Positions 18,144 to 27,196 are shown, counted from the stretch's first letter. The stretch is 64,000 bases of DNA from an uncultured Verrucomicrobiota bacterium (GCA_964601985.1 CAZRPT010000073.1:390-64389), one strand, 5' to 3'. Notes: generated by a model from the sequence alone, not told the origin. Made by a program: numbers and translations.

Positions 18144-18147
18144 TTGT

Positions 18148-18756
18148 CTAGCGGGAATAAAATTCAACGACGGCCTGCTCGTTGCCGATCGGCTGGATTT
18201 CGTCGCGGGTCGGCACGCGCATCACCACGCCCTTGAACATCTCCTTGTCCAGGGACAGCCACTCCGGCACCACCCGGCTGGTGGAGACTTCGAGGCTGCG
18301 GGTGGCCATCTGCCGGGACACGCTCGCGTTGCGCACTTCCACCACGTCGTTCACGCGCAGGGTGTAGGAGGGGATGGTGACCCGGCGGCCGTTCACGTGG
18401 ATGTGGCCGTGCACCACCATCTGCCGCGCGGCGGCCCGGCTCGGCGCGAAGCCCAGGTGATAGACCACGTTGTCCAGCCGGCTTTCCAAGGCCTGGAGCA
18501 TCAGCTCGCCGGTCACGCCGCGCTTGCGGCTGGCCTGCTCATAGATCCGGCGGAACTGTTTCTCCTGAAGCCCGTAGTAGTAACGGATCTTCTGCTTCTC
18601 CATCAGCCCCAGGGCGTACTCGCTGATCTTGCGCCGCCGCCGCGGGCCATGCACGCCGGGGGGGTAATTGCGCCGCTCCAAGTACTTGGAACTGCCAAAC
18701 ACGGGCACACCAAACCGACGGCTGATGCGCACTTTGGGACCTGTATAACGCGCCAT
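18148..18756 (-). CDS. rpsD: 30S ribosomal protein S4
   Basis: MARYTGPKVRISRRFGVPVFGSSKYLERRNYPPGVHG... Confidence 0.97.
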   Translation of the reverse strand: MARYTGPKVRISRRFGVPVFGSSKYLERRNYPPGVHGPRRRRKISEYALGLMEKQKIRYYYGLQEKQFRRIYEQASRKRGVTGELMLQALESRLDNVVYHLGFAPSRAAARQMVVHGHIHVNGRRVTIPSYTLRVNDVVEVRNASVSRQMATRSLEVSTSRVVPEWLSLDKEMFKGVVMRVPTRDEIQPIGNEQAVVEFYSR

Positions 18757-18793
18757 GTTCTACGAAAAATTGTTCGTGGTGAAAAAAACTCCC

Positions 18794-19552
18794 TTACACC
18801 CGGCGCTTCTTGCGCGGGCGACAACCGTTGTGCGGCACCGGGGTCACATCCTTGATCACGGTGATGGTCAGACCGATGGCCTGCAGGGCGCGGATGGCGG
18901 ATTCGCGGCCGGATCCCGGCCCCTTGACCCGCACCTCGACCTCGCGCATGCCGTGGGACATCGCCTCGCGGGCGGCCTCCTGGGCCACCTGCTGCGCGGC
19001 GAAGGCGGTGCTCTTGCGCGAGCCGCGGAAGCCGCGCTTGCCGCCGGTGGACCACGCGATCACGTTGCCCTGCATGTCCGTGATGCTGACGATGGTGTTG
19101 TTGAAGGTGGCGGCGATGTGCGCCACGCCGACGGTGACGTTCTTGGACCGCTTGGCCTTGATGATCTTTTTGCCCTGCAGATCATCCGCCATCAGCTCGG
19201 CCGCGGTGGGGGCGGAGGCCGCTTCCGGCGCGGCCGCTCCCTCGGCCTTGTCCTTCCCCGCCTTGGCGCCACCCTTGGCGGTCTTGGCCTTTTTGGCCTT
19301 CGCGGGCTCGGCCTTGGCCTTGGGCCCGCCTTTGGGCTTCTCGTCGGCCCCGGCCTTCTCCGGTTTGGCCTCCGGGGCCTTGGCCGCCGCCTTGGCCTTG
19401 GCCGCCGGCTTCTTCTCCGCCGGAGCCTTGGTTTCGGCCGCCTGAGGCGCGGTCTCCGGGGCCGCCGGGGTTTCCGGCGCGGATTGCGGGTTTGCTTCCG
19501 GCGTCACTTCAGGGGTGGCCGGTTGGGGATCTTTGTTTGCTGCTTCAGCCAT
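18794..19552 (-). CDS. rpsK: 30S ribosomal protein S11 with an Ala/Lys/Pro/Glu-rich N-terminal extension of about 120 aa
   Basis: Core [35 protein letters not shown]...[16 protein letters not shown] 19552 lies 12 nt after the rpsM stop. An internal ATG at 19192 ([15 protein letters not shown]...) would give a canonical protein of about 132 aa. Confidence 0.9.
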   Translation of the reverse strand: MAEAANKDPQPATPEVTPEANPQSAPETPAAPETAPQAAETKAPAEKKPAAKAKAAAKAPEAKPEKAGADEKPKGGPKAKAEPAKAKKAKTAKGGAKAGKDKAEGAAAPEAASAPTAAELMADDLQGKKIIKAKRSKNVTVGVAHIAATFNNTIVSITDMQGNVIAWSTGGKRGFRGSRKSTAFAAQQVAQEAAREAMSHGMREVEVRVKGPGSGRESAIRALQAIGLTITVIKDVTPVPHNGCRPRKKRRV

Positions 19553-19564
19553 GGTCGGAAAATT

Positions 19565-19960
19565 CTAGTGGATACCGGACTTGGCGTTGGGATTGCGCAC
19601 CACGCCCACCGTCTTGCGGGGCCCCTTGCGGGTGCGGGCGTTGGTCTGCGTCCGCTGGCCGCGCACCGGCAGGCCGCGGGAATGGCGGATGCCCCGGTAA
19701 CAGCGGATGCTCTGCAGCCGCTTCAGGTTCATGCCGATCTCGCGCCGCAGGTCGCCCTCGACCAGGTAATCGTCCTCCTGGAGGATGTGAACGATCTTCG
19801 AGAGTTCCTCCTCGCTCAGATTCTTCGTGCGCGTGGACGGATCAATGCCCGCCTTCTCCACGATCCGGTTCGCGGAGGCGGGGCCGATGCCGTAAATGTA
19901 GCGCAGCGAAATATCAATCCGCTTGTTGCTCGGAATATCTACACCCAGAATGCGTGCCAT
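19565..19960 (-). CDS. rpsM: 30S ribosomal protein S13
   Basis: [33 protein letters not shown]... Confidence 0.97.
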   Translation of the reverse strand: MARILGVDIPSNKRIDISLRYIYGIGPASANRIVEKAGIDPSTRTKNLSEEELSKIVHILQEDDYLVEGDLRREIGMNLKRLQSIRCYRGIRHSRGLPVRGQRTQTNARTRKGPRKTVGVVRNPNAKSGIH

Positions 19961-19975
19961 AGCTGTACGTGTGGT

Positions 19976-20089
19976 CTAGCCCTGCCGTTGTTTGTGCCGG
20001 GGGTTGGTGCAGATCACGCGGACCACACCCTTCCGCCGAATAATGCGGCAGTGCTCACAAAGTCGTTTGACTGACGTTTTAACTTTCAT
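19976..20089 (-). CDS. rpmJ: 50S ribosomal protein L36
   Basis: [37 protein letters not shown] (37 aa), within track ORF 19976..20194. Confidence 0.95.
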   Translation of the reverse strand: MKVKTSVKRLCEHCRIIRRKGVVRVICTNPRHKQRQG

Positions 20090-20285
20090 TTTTTCCGACT
20101 GGTTCCCGCAGCCACCCGTGCGAGGGGTCCGCCACGGGCACTTCCACCCGCACCCGGTCGCCCTCGGCCCAGGTCGCCGCCACTGTTTTCCCACGCGCCG
20201 TGACGCGCGCGTACAATTGATGTCCGTTGTCCAGCTCGACCAACAGCGTCCGTCCGCTCCGTCGCTTGACGGTCGCCCCGGTCAC
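20079..20285 (-). CDS. Highly divergent IF-1-like S1-fold protein at the canonical infA position
   Basis: [55 protein letters not shown], compared with E. coli IF-1 (from memory) ...[47 protein letters not shown]. GTG 20285 overlaps the map stop (GTGA). The 3' end overlaps the rpmJ start by 11 nt. The track start at 20306 is also GTG. Confidence 0.6.
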   Translation of the reverse strand: MTGATVKRRSGRTLLVELDNGHQLYARVTARGKTVAATWAEGDRVRVEVPVADPSHGWLREPVGKNES

Positions 20286-21043
20286 GATGCGGCCGGCGGC
20301 AGGCACGTTAGTATCTCCGGCTCGTCCTCGGTAATCAATACCGAGTGTTCAAAATGTGCCGAGGGTTCGCCGTCCCGGCTCACCACCGTCCATCCATCGG
20401 GCAGTATCCGGATCGCTCCGGTGCCGGCGTTGACCATCGGCTCGATGGCGATCGCCATGCCCACCCGCAACTTGGGCGACGTCTTGCCGTCCACGTAGTT
20501 CGGCACCTGCGGTTCCTCGTGCATGGTGTGGCCCACGCCGTGGCCCACGAACTCCCGCACGACCTGGTAGCCGGCGGCTTCCACGTGCCGCTGCACGGCC
20601 CGCGAGATGTCGGCCACCCGGTTGCCCGCCCGCGCCGCCGCGATGCCCCGGTAAAGGGCCTGCTCGGTCACGTCCATCAGGCGCTGCTTGTCCGGGCTGC
20701 ACCCGCCCACGCTCACCGTGCGGGCGTTGTCGCCGATGTAGCCCTCGAAGAGGACGCCGACATCAATGCTCACGATGTCGCCGAACTCGACCCGCCGCTC
20801 CTCGGAGCCCATCCCGTGCACCACTTCCTCGTTCACCGAGAGGCACAGGTGGCACGGAAACTTCCGGTATCCGAGGAAGGCGCTCCGCCCGCCGTAATGG
20901 GCGATGCGCTCCGCCCCGAACCGGTCAATCTCCGCCGTGGTCAGCCCCGGCCGGACAAACGCGGCCACGTCGTCCAGCACTTGGGCCGCCACCCGCCCGG
21001 CCCGGCGCATGCCTTCGACATCTTTCGGGTTCCGGGCAATCAT
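20282..21043 (-). CDS. map: Type I methionine aminopeptidase
   Basis: 253 aa. ...FLGYRKFPCHLCLSVNEEVVHGMG...DIVSIDVG...GHGVGHTMHEEPQVPNY...EHSVLITE. Confidence 0.95.
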   Translation of the reverse strand: MIARNPKDVEGMRRAGRVAAQVLDDVAAFVRPGLTTAEIDRFGAERIAHYGGRSAFLGYRKFPCHLCLSVNEEVVHGMGSEERRVEFGDIVSIDVGVLFEGYIGDNARTVSVGGCSPDKQRLMDVTEQALYRGIAAARAGNRVADISRAVQRHVEAAGYQVVREFVGHGVGHTMHEEPQVPNYVDGKTSPKLRVGMAIAIEPMVNAGTGAIRILPDGWTVVSRDGEPSAHFEHSVLITEDEPEILTCLPPAAS

Positions 21044-21131
21044 GGGGCCGTCGCTTCGGACCGCATCGTTCGCGCGCTGGAAAAGATCAACATGGAGGCC
21101 CCGAACGCATTCGGACGCCGCCCCGGTCCGT

Positions 21132-22529
21132 TCAGAAACGTCCCCGGACCCGCCCCTTCTTCAGGAAGCCGTCGTAATGCCGCATCATCAAGTGCGACTC
21201 CATCTGCCGCGTGGTGTCCAGCAGGACGCCCACGGTGATCAACATGCTGGTGCCGCCAAAAAACTGGCCCACTTGGAAGTTGATGTCCGCGACGTGGTAC
21301 ATCAGCCCCGGAATGATCGCAATAATCACCAGGAAGATGCCGCCCGCCAGGGTGATCCGGCTCATGGCCCGGTGCAGGAAATCGCAGGTGGCCTGCCCCG
21401 GTCGCACCCCGGGGATGTAACCGCCGTATTTCTTCAGGTCGTCGGCGATCTGGACCTCATTGAACTGCGTGGCCACCCAGAAGTAGGTGAAGAACAGGAT
21501 CATCACCCCTTCGACGGTCAGATAGGTGAAACTGCCGTATTGCAGCGCCGCGGTCATGCTGTCCAGCAAACCGGAAAACCCGGGCATGCTGTCGCGCGTG
21601 GCGGCCGCCAGCATCTGGAAAATCTTGCCGGGAAACATCAGAATGGCCTGGGCGAAGATGATCGGCATGACGCCGGCGTAGTTGACCCGCAGCGGCATGA
21701 AGGAGGTGCCGCCGGTCATGAGCTTCCGCCCCACGGCCCGTTGGGCGTACTGGACGGGAATCTTCCGCTGCGCCTGGGTCACCGCGATGATCGCGGCCAC
21801 CACCGCCAGCAGCAGCAACACCATGGCGATGAAATGGAAGAGGTTGTACTTGGACTCCATCCCCTTGCCGGGGAAGAACATCAACCACGCCGCCATCAGG
21901 CTTTGGGGCATGCGGGAAATGATGCCGATGGTGATCACCAGCGAAACGCCGTTGCCGATGCCCCGGTCGGTGATCTGCTCGCCCAGCCACATCAGGAGCA
22001 TGGTGCCGGTGGTCAGCAGGAGCACGGTCTGGATGCGGTACCACCAGACGTTTTGGATCAACACCAGGCTGCCTTCGAAATTGCTGCCAAAGACCTTCTG
22101 GGGATTCTCCCAGCCCAGCGCCATCGCGGCCCCCTGCCCCAGGCAGAGCAGCACCGTGAGGTAGCGGCCGTACTGGATGATCTTCACCCGGCCGCCTTCC
22201 TCGCGCATGAGCTTGCTGAGCTGCGGCACCACCGCGCCCAGCAGCTGGAGGATGATGGTGGCGCTGATGTAGGGCATGATGCCCAGCGAACCGATGCCGC
22301 AGCGCTGAAGCGACCCCCCGGTGAACATGCTGTACATGCCCAGCAGCCCGCCGGAACGATTGGCATTCTGGGCGAAGAACTCCGCCAGCTTGGCGCCGTC
22401 CAGTCCGGGCGTGGGGATCAGGGCCACCACGCGGCAGACCGCCAGCAGGCCGACGGTAAAGAGGATCCTCGACCGGAGCTCCGGGATCTTGAAGCAGTTG
22501 GCGAACGTGTTGAGGATCGATTTCAGCAT
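21132..22529 (-). CDS. secY: Preprotein translocase subunit SecY
   Basis: 465 aa. ...SLGIMPYISATIILQLL...GGYIPGVRPGQATCDFL... Confidence 0.97.
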   Translation of the reverse strand: MLKSILNTFANCFKIPELRSRILFTVGLLAVCRVVALIPTPGLDGAKLAEFFAQNANRSGGLLGMYSMFTGGSLQRCGIGSLGIMPYISATIILQLLGAVVPQLSKLMREEGGRVKIIQYGRYLTVLLCLGQGAAMALGWENPQKVFGSNFEGSLVLIQNVWWYRIQTVLLLTTGTMLLMWLGEQITDRGIGNGVSLVITIGIISRMPQSLMAAWLMFFPGKGMESKYNLFHFIAMVLLLLAVVAAIIAVTQAQRKIPVQYAQRAVGRKLMTGGTSFMPLRVNYAGVMPIIFAQAILMFPGKIFQMLAAATRDSMPGFSGLLDSMTAALQYGSFTYLTVEGVMILFFTYFWVATQFNEVQIADDLKKYGGYIPGVRPGQATCDFLHRAMSRITLAGGIFLVIIAIIPGLMYHVADINFQVGQFFGGTSMLITVGVLLDTTRQMESHLMMRHYDGFLKKGRVRGRF

Positions 22530-22548
22530 ATAGGGGCCCTTTTCGGCG

Positions 22549-23010
22549 CTACTTGGCCTTCCCGCGCGTCACCACTTCGCACACGCCGCCAGCCTGCTCG
22601 ATCTTTTCGCGCGCCGAGGCGCTGAAGGCGTGCACTTTGACGGTCAATTTACGGTCCAAATCGCCCCTGCCCAACAGCTTCACGCCGTCGGCGCGGCCGT
22701 TGGCCAGGCCTTTCTGGCGGAGGAGTTCCTCCGTCACCTCGGTGCCTTCCGCGAACTGCTGGAGCGCGCCCACGTTCACCGGAATGTACACCGTGGCGTG
22801 GCGGGCGTTGTTGAAGCCGCGCTTGGGCAGGCGCCGGATGAGCGGCATCTGGCCGCCCTCGAAGCCGGGCCGCAACGAGCCGCCGGAGCGGGAGCGCTGA
22901 CCGTTCTGGCCGCGGGTGGCGGTCTTGCCCCGACCGCTGCCGGGGCCCTGTCCCACGCGCTTGCGCCGATGTTTCGCCCCGGGACGGGGTTTCAGAGTGT
23001 GGAGTCGCAT
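22549..23010 (-). CDS. rplO: 50S ribosomal protein L15
   Basis: MRLHTLKPRPGAKHRRKRVGQGPGSGRGKTATRGQNGQRSRSGG... Confidence 0.95.
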   Translation of the reverse strand: MRLHTLKPRPGAKHRRKRVGQGPGSGRGKTATRGQNGQRSRSGGSLRPGFEGGQMPLIRRLPKRGFNNARHATVYIPVNVGALQQFAEGTEVTEELLRQKGLANGRADGVKLLGRGDLDRKLTVKVHAFSASAREKIEQAGGVCEVVTRGKAK

Positions 23011-23018
23011 AAGCTCGA

Positions 23019-23804
23019 TTAGGTCGTGGTCGGAGCCGGGGTTTCGCTCTCGTTCTTCGAACGGTCCAGCGGCAACCCGCGCAGTTGGTAAATCTCATCC
23101 CGCAGCCGGAGCTGCCGCAGGGCGCACATGGTGGCCTTGGCCACGTTGGCCGCGTTGTTGGAGCCCAGCGACTTGCTCAGCACGTCGCGCAAACCGGCCA
23201 GTTCGAGCACCGCCCGGACGGTCTTGCCGGCGATGACGCCGGTGCCGGGCGAGGCCGGGCGGAGGAGCACTTTCGCGCCATCGTAATCCACCAGCACTTC
23301 GTGGGGGATGGTGTTGTCGAGGAGGGCCACTTTTTCGAGGTTGGCGCGGGCGTTTTCGTTGCCCTTGCGGATGGCTTCCACCACCTCGCGGGCCTTGCCC
23401 ATGCCCAGGCCCACCTTGCCCTTGCGGTCGCCCACGGCCACCAGCGCGCTGAAGTTGAAGCGCCGACCGCCCTTGACCACCTTGGACGAACGGTTGATGA
23501 AGATCACCCGCTCCTCCATGTCGTCCTGGGGGCCGTCGTCGGGCCGCCGCCGATCCCGGCCGCCGCGCCCGCCGCGCCCGCCGAAGCCGCCGCCGCGGCC
23601 GCCCCGGCCGCCGCCGAAGCCGCGCTGGCCGCCCCGGGGGGCGGAGGCGGGCTGGGATTCCGCCGGCGGACCGGCCGGTTTCGCGGCGGACGGCGCCGCG
23701 GGCGTCCCGCTTGCGGCGCCGCCGGACCCGGCCGGGGCCGCCGGAGCGGGCGCGTTGCTTTCCGGTTTGCTTTCCACGCTGGGTTTTTGATCTTGCTCAG
23801 CCAC
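23019..23804 (-). CDS. rpsE: 30S ribosomal protein S5 with an N-terminal extension of about 95 aa containing an RGG/GAR-like box
   Basis: Core ERVIFINRSSKVVKGGRRFNFSALVAVGD.... Extension ...PRGGQRGFGGGRGGRGGGFGGRGGRGGRDRRR. ATG 23804 lies 18 nt after the rplR stop. An internal ATG at 23519 would give a canonical size. Confidence 0.9.
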   Translation of the reverse strand: MAEQDQKPSVESKPESNAPAPAAPAGSGGAASGTPAAPSAAKPAGPPAESQPASAPRGGQRGFGGGRGGRGGGFGGRGGRGGRDRRRPDDGPQDDMEERVIFINRSSKVVKGGRRFNFSALVAVGDRKGKVGLGMGKAREVVEAIRKGNENARANLEKVALLDNTIPHEVLVDYDGAKVLLRPASPGTGVIAGKTVRAVLELAGLRDVLSKSLGSNNAANVAKATMCALRQLRLRDEIYQLRGLPLDRSKNESETPAPTTT

Positions 23805-23824
23805 TTTGAAACTCCTGGAATCCG

Positions 23825-24193
23825 CTAAAATTTCAGTCCCGCCTCGCGGGCCGCCTCGGCCAGCGCCGCCACCTTGCCGTGATACCGCGCGCCGCTGCGG
23901 TCGAACACCACGGCGGTGATGCCCTGATTCTTCGCGGCCTCGGCGGCCGCCTTGCCGACCACCTGGGCGCTCTCGACGTTGGCCGCCAGCTTTTTGCCTT
24001 CGGCGGCGAGCTGCTTCGAGCGGGTCGAGGCCTGGGCGAGGGTCCGCCCCAGATCGTCGTCAATAAACTGCACGTAGATGTGCTGGCCGGTGAAGCGAAC
24101 GCTCATGCGCGGGCGTTCCGCCGTGCCGCGCACCTTTTTGCGGATGCCGCGCCGCCGCCGTTGCAACAGTTTGCGTTTCTTGTCAGTTCTCAT
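23825..24193 (-). CDS. rplR: 50S ribosomal protein L18
   Basis: 122 aa. ...RMSVRFTGQHIYVQFIDD...AVVFDRSGARYHGKVAALAEAAREAGLKF. Confidence 0.95.
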   Translation of the reverse strand: MRTDKKRKLLQRRRRGIRKKVRGTAERPRMSVRFTGQHIYVQFIDDDLGRTLAQASTRSKQLAAEGKKLAANVESAQVVGKAAAEAAKNQGITAVVFDRSGARYHGKVAALAEAAREAGLKF

Positions 24194-24213
24194 GGTTCCT
24201 TGCCCCGCGGTCG

Positions 24214-24750
24214 TTACTGGACCTTCTTGCCCTCCTTGCGCACCACGCGCTCGTCGGCGTAGCGGACGCCCTTGCCCTTGTAGGGCTCCGGCGGGTAGTA
24301 GCTGCGGAGTTCGGCCGCCACCTGCCCCACCGCCTGTTTGTCCGCGCCTTCCACGATGATTTTGGTGTTGTCCTCGACCTTCACCGAGACGCCGGCGGGA
24401 ATGGAGTATTCGATGGGATGGGCATAGCCCAGATGCATCGTCACCTTGCCCCCGCTCACGGCGGCCTTGAAGCCGACGCCGTGGATTTCGAGCCGTTTCA
24501 CGTAGCCGTCCGAGACGCCCTTGACCATGTTGTTGATCAGGGCGCGGCTCAGGCCGTGGAGGGCCCGGGTCTGGGGCTGGTCGTCCGCGCGGGTCACCAG
24601 CACCCGGCCGTCGTCAATGCGCACCTCGATGCGCCCGGGCACTTCGAAATCCAGTTTGCCCTTGGGGCCTTCGACGTGGATCGTCCGGCCCTTGAGCGCG
24701 GCCTTGACCTTGTCGGGGATGGGGACGGGAAGTTTGCCGATTCGTGACAT
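24214..24750 (-). CDS. rplF: 50S ribosomal protein L6
   Basis: MSRIGKLPVPIPDKVKAALKGRTIHVEGPKGKL... Confidence 0.96.
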   Translation of the reverse strand: MSRIGKLPVPIPDKVKAALKGRTIHVEGPKGKLDFEVPGRIEVRIDDGRVLVTRADDQPQTRALHGLSRALINNMVKGVSDGYVKRLEIHGVGFKAAVSGGKVTMHLGYAHPIEYSIPAGVSVKVEDNTKIIVEGADKQAVGQVAAELRSYYPPEPYKGKGVRYADERVVRKEGKKVQ

Positions 24751-24766
24751 AGCTCGATTAACCCTT

Positions 24767-25156
24767 CTACCAGACGTAGCACACGACTTCGCCGCCGACG
24801 TGGGCCCGGCGGGCTTCGCGTCCGCTCATGACGCCCTGGGAGGTGGAGAGGATGGGCACGCCCAAGCCGCCCAGCACCCGGGGCACTTCGTCCGCGCCCA
24901 CGTAGTGGCGCAGGCCCGGTTTGCTGACGCGGCGCAGGCCGGTGACCGCCGGCTTGCGGCCCGCGTAGCGCAGGGTGAGGCGCAGCACTTTTTTCTTGTC
25001 TCCGCTCACCGCGCAGTCGGCCAGGTAGCCCTCCTTGACCAGCACGCGGGCGATGCTCTCCTTCACCTTCGAGTGCGGGAGGTCCACGGTTTGGTGCCGG
25101 GCGCGGTAGGCGTTGCGGATGCGCGTCAGCAAATCGGCGATGGGATCGGTTAACAT
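24767..25156 (-). CDS. rpsH: 30S ribosomal protein S8
   Basis: MLTDPIADLLTRIRNAYRARHQTVDLPHSKVKESIARVLVKEGYL... Confidence 0.96.
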   Translation of the reverse strand: MLTDPIADLLTRIRNAYRARHQTVDLPHSKVKESIARVLVKEGYLADCAVSGDKKKVLRLTLRYAGRKPAVTGLRRVSKPGLRHYVGADEVPRVLGGLGVPILSTSQGVMSGREARRAHVGGEVVCYVW

Positions 25157-25163
25157 GGGCGGA

Positions 25164-25433
25164 TTACCAACTGGCTTTCGTGACGCCGGGGATCATGCCC
25201 GCCAGGGCCATCTCGCGGAAGGTGAGGCGGGACATCTGGAATTTGCGGATATAAGCGCGCTTGCGCCCGGTGACCTGGCAGCGGTTCACCAGCCGGACGG
25301 GGCTGGCGTCGCGGGGCAGTTTGGCCAGCCCCGCGTAGTCGCGGTTCGCTTTCAGTTCCGCGCGGCGGGCGGCGTATTTCTCCACCGTCCGGCGCCGGCG
25401 CCGGTCTCGTTGAATCCAAGCCTTCTTCGACAT
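25164..25433 (-). CDS. rpsN: 30S ribosomal protein S14 (long, non-zinc form)
   Basis: 89 aa. ...[40 protein letters not shown]. No CxxC pairs. Confidence 0.93.
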   Translation of the reverse strand: MSKKAWIQRDRRRRRTVEKYAARRAELKANRDYAGLAKLPRDASPVRLVNRCQVTGRKRAYIRKFQMSRLTFREMALAGMIPGVTKASW

Positions 25434-25436
25434 AGC

Positions 25437-25982
25437 TTACTTTTTCTCGGCAAAGGGCATGCCCATGAGTTTCAACAAATCGTACGCCTCCTCGTTGGTG
25501 CGGGCGGTGGTGACGATGGTCACGTCCATGCCCTGGTGGCGCTTGATCTTGTCCAGGTCAATCTCGGGAAAGATGCTCTGATCCTCCAGCCCCAGGGAGT
25601 AGTTGCCGCGGCCGTCGAAGGCGCGGCTGCTGAGGCCGCGGAAGTCGCGGATGCGCGGCAGGGTGGCCGAGATCAGGCGATCCATAAATTCATACATCAT
25701 CGCGCGGCGCAGCGTGACGTGACAGCCGATGGACTGGCCGGCGCGAATCTTGAAGTTCGACACACTTTTGCGGGCCTTGTCAATCACGGGGCGCTGGCCG
25801 GTGATGGTGGCCAGGTCGCGCATGGCCTCTTCGAGGGCCGATTTTTCCTGGCTCGAGGGCACGCCCATGTGAATCACGATCTTCTCCAGGGCGGGAATCT
25901 CGTGGATGTTCCGGTAGCCCCGTTTTTTCTGCAGCGCGGGGCGAATCTCTTCGGCGTACTTCTGTTGCAACCTCGGTTTCAT
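25437..25982 (-). CDS. rplE: 50S ribosomal protein L5
   Basis: MKPRLQQKYAEEIRPALQKKRGYRNIHEIPALEKIVIHMGV... Confidence 0.96.
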   Translation of the reverse strand: MKPRLQQKYAEEIRPALQKKRGYRNIHEIPALEKIVIHMGVPSSQEKSALEEAMRDLATITGQRPVIDKARKSVSNFKIRAGQSIGCHVTLRRAMMYEFMDRLISATLPRIRDFRGLSSRAFDGRGNYSLGLEDQSIFPEIDLDKIKRHQGMDVTIVTTARTNEEAYDLLKLMGMPFAEKK

Positions 25983-25990
25983 GATCGGTC

Positions 25991-26269
25991 TCAGGCGGTC
26001 TCGGCCGACGGGGCGGAACGGCGGGCGGCGCGGGCGTCGTAGCGATCGGCGCGCATCACGTTGGAGACGTGGATGCTGCCTTCGATGTCAATGATGGCGC
26101 CCTCGGGGTGTTCCTGGCTTTTGCGGACGTGCTTCTTCATCATCTTGACCCCTTCAATGACCACCCGGTCCTTCTTGGTCAGGACGCGGATGATCCGGCC
26201 GCGCTTGCCTTTTTCGGTGCCGGTCAGCACCACCACTTCGTCGCCGCGTTTTACGTGAAAGCGTTTCAT
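25991..26269 (-). CDS. rplX: 50S ribosomal protein L24
   Basis: MKRFHVKRGDEVVVLTGTEKGKRGRIIRVLTKKDRVVIEGVKMMKKH... Confidence 0.94.
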   Translation of the reverse strand: MKRFHVKRGDEVVVLTGTEKGKRGRIIRVLTKKDRVVIEGVKMMKKHVRKSQEHPEGAIIDIEGSIHVSNVMRADRYDARAARRSAPSAETA

Positions 26270-26273
26270 GGCA

Positions 26274-26639
26274 TCAGATGACTTCCGGAGCCAGGGAAAT
26301 GATCTTCATGAATTTTTTCTCCCGCAGTTCGCGCGCCACGGGGCCGAAGATGCGGGTGCCCTTGGGGTTGCCGTCCTTGTCCACGATCACCACCGCGTTG
26401 CTGTCGAAACGCAGCGAGGAGCCGTCCGAACGGAAGATCGGCTGGCGGGTGCGGACCACCACGGCGTCCACCACGTCGCCCTTTTTGACGGCGCCGTCGG
26501 GGGCGGCTTCCTTGATGTGGGCCTTGATGATGTCGCCCACCCGGGCGTAGCGCTGGTTGGGGCCGAGCACCCGGATGGCGGCGGCGCGTTTGGCGCCGGA
26601 ATTGTCCGCCACGGTCAGAATGGATCGCAGTTGCAGCAT
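26274..26639 (-). CDS. rplN: 50S ribosomal protein L14
   Basis: [26 protein letters not shown]... (121 aa), from the internal ATG of track ORF 26274..26735. Confidence 0.96.
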   Translation of the reverse strand: MLQLRSILTVADNSGAKRAAAIRVLGPNQRYARVGDIIKAHIKEAAPDGAVKKGDVVDAVVVRTRQPIFRSDGSSLRFDSNAVVIVDKDGNPKGTRIFGPVARELREKKFMKIISLAPEVI

Positions 26640-26641
26640 GG

Positions 26642-26941
26642 TTATTCCTTCCCTTCGGGGGTCTTCGTCGCGCCGCGTTTGGGGCCGAGCACCTCGACCA
26701 GCCGCCAGCACTTGTGGCGGGAGAGGGGGCGGCACTCGCGGATGCGCACCCAGTCGCCCAACCGGGCCTGTTCCTGCTCGTCGTGGGCGTGCAGTTTGTT
26801 GAAGCGCCGGACGATCTTGTGGTAGCGCGGGTGCCGGATGCGCCGTTCCACGCGCACCACGATGGTCTTGGCCATCTTGTCGGACACCACCTGGCCGGTG
26901 CGCTCCTTGCGGCGTGAGGTTTTTGCCTGTGTTTCAGCCAT
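26642..26941 (-). CDS. rpsQ: 30S ribosomal protein S17
   Basis: ...[72 protein letters not shown]. Confidence 0.95.
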   Translation of the reverse strand: MAETQAKTSRRKERTGQVVSDKMAKTIVVRVERRIRHPRYHKIVRRFNKLHAHDEQEQARLGDWVRIRECRPLSRHKCWRLVEVLGPKRGATKTPEGKE

Positions 26942-26957
26942 GACTCAAAAAAAATCC

Positions 26958-27176
26958 CTAGGCGTTGGTTTCCTGCCGGATCGCCTTGGCGCGCCGGAGT
27001 TCGGTCAACCGGGTCTCCACCCGGGCAATGTCGTGACGCAGGTTGCGCAGCCGGGAGGTCTTTTCCAGCTGGCTGCTGGCCTTCTGCAACCGGAGCATGA
27101 AGAGTTCCTGGCGCAGGTCGCGGCTCAGCGCCGCCAGCTCCACCGCCGTTTTTTCCTTGATTTCCGCGTACTTCAT
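26958..27176 (-). CDS. rpmC: 50S ribosomal protein L29
   Basis: MKYAEIKEKTAVELAALSRDLRQELFMLRLQKASSQLEKTSRLRNLRHDIARVETRL. Confidence 0.93.
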   Translation of the reverse strand: MKYAEIKEKTAVELAALSRDLRQELFMLRLQKASSQLEKTSRLRNLRHDIARVETRLTELRRAKAIRQETNA

Positions 27177-27196
27177 TAGCCTGCTTCCGTGTTCGC

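Noticed and set aside
21044-23018. Absence of adk (secY-map gap of 88 nt) and of rpmD/L30 (S5 is directly followed by L15).
   Set aside because: Both genes are known to be missing from, or relocated out of, the spc operon in several bacterial lineages. The 88-nt gap shows no gene remnant that I could read. This is noted only as part of the synteny description.
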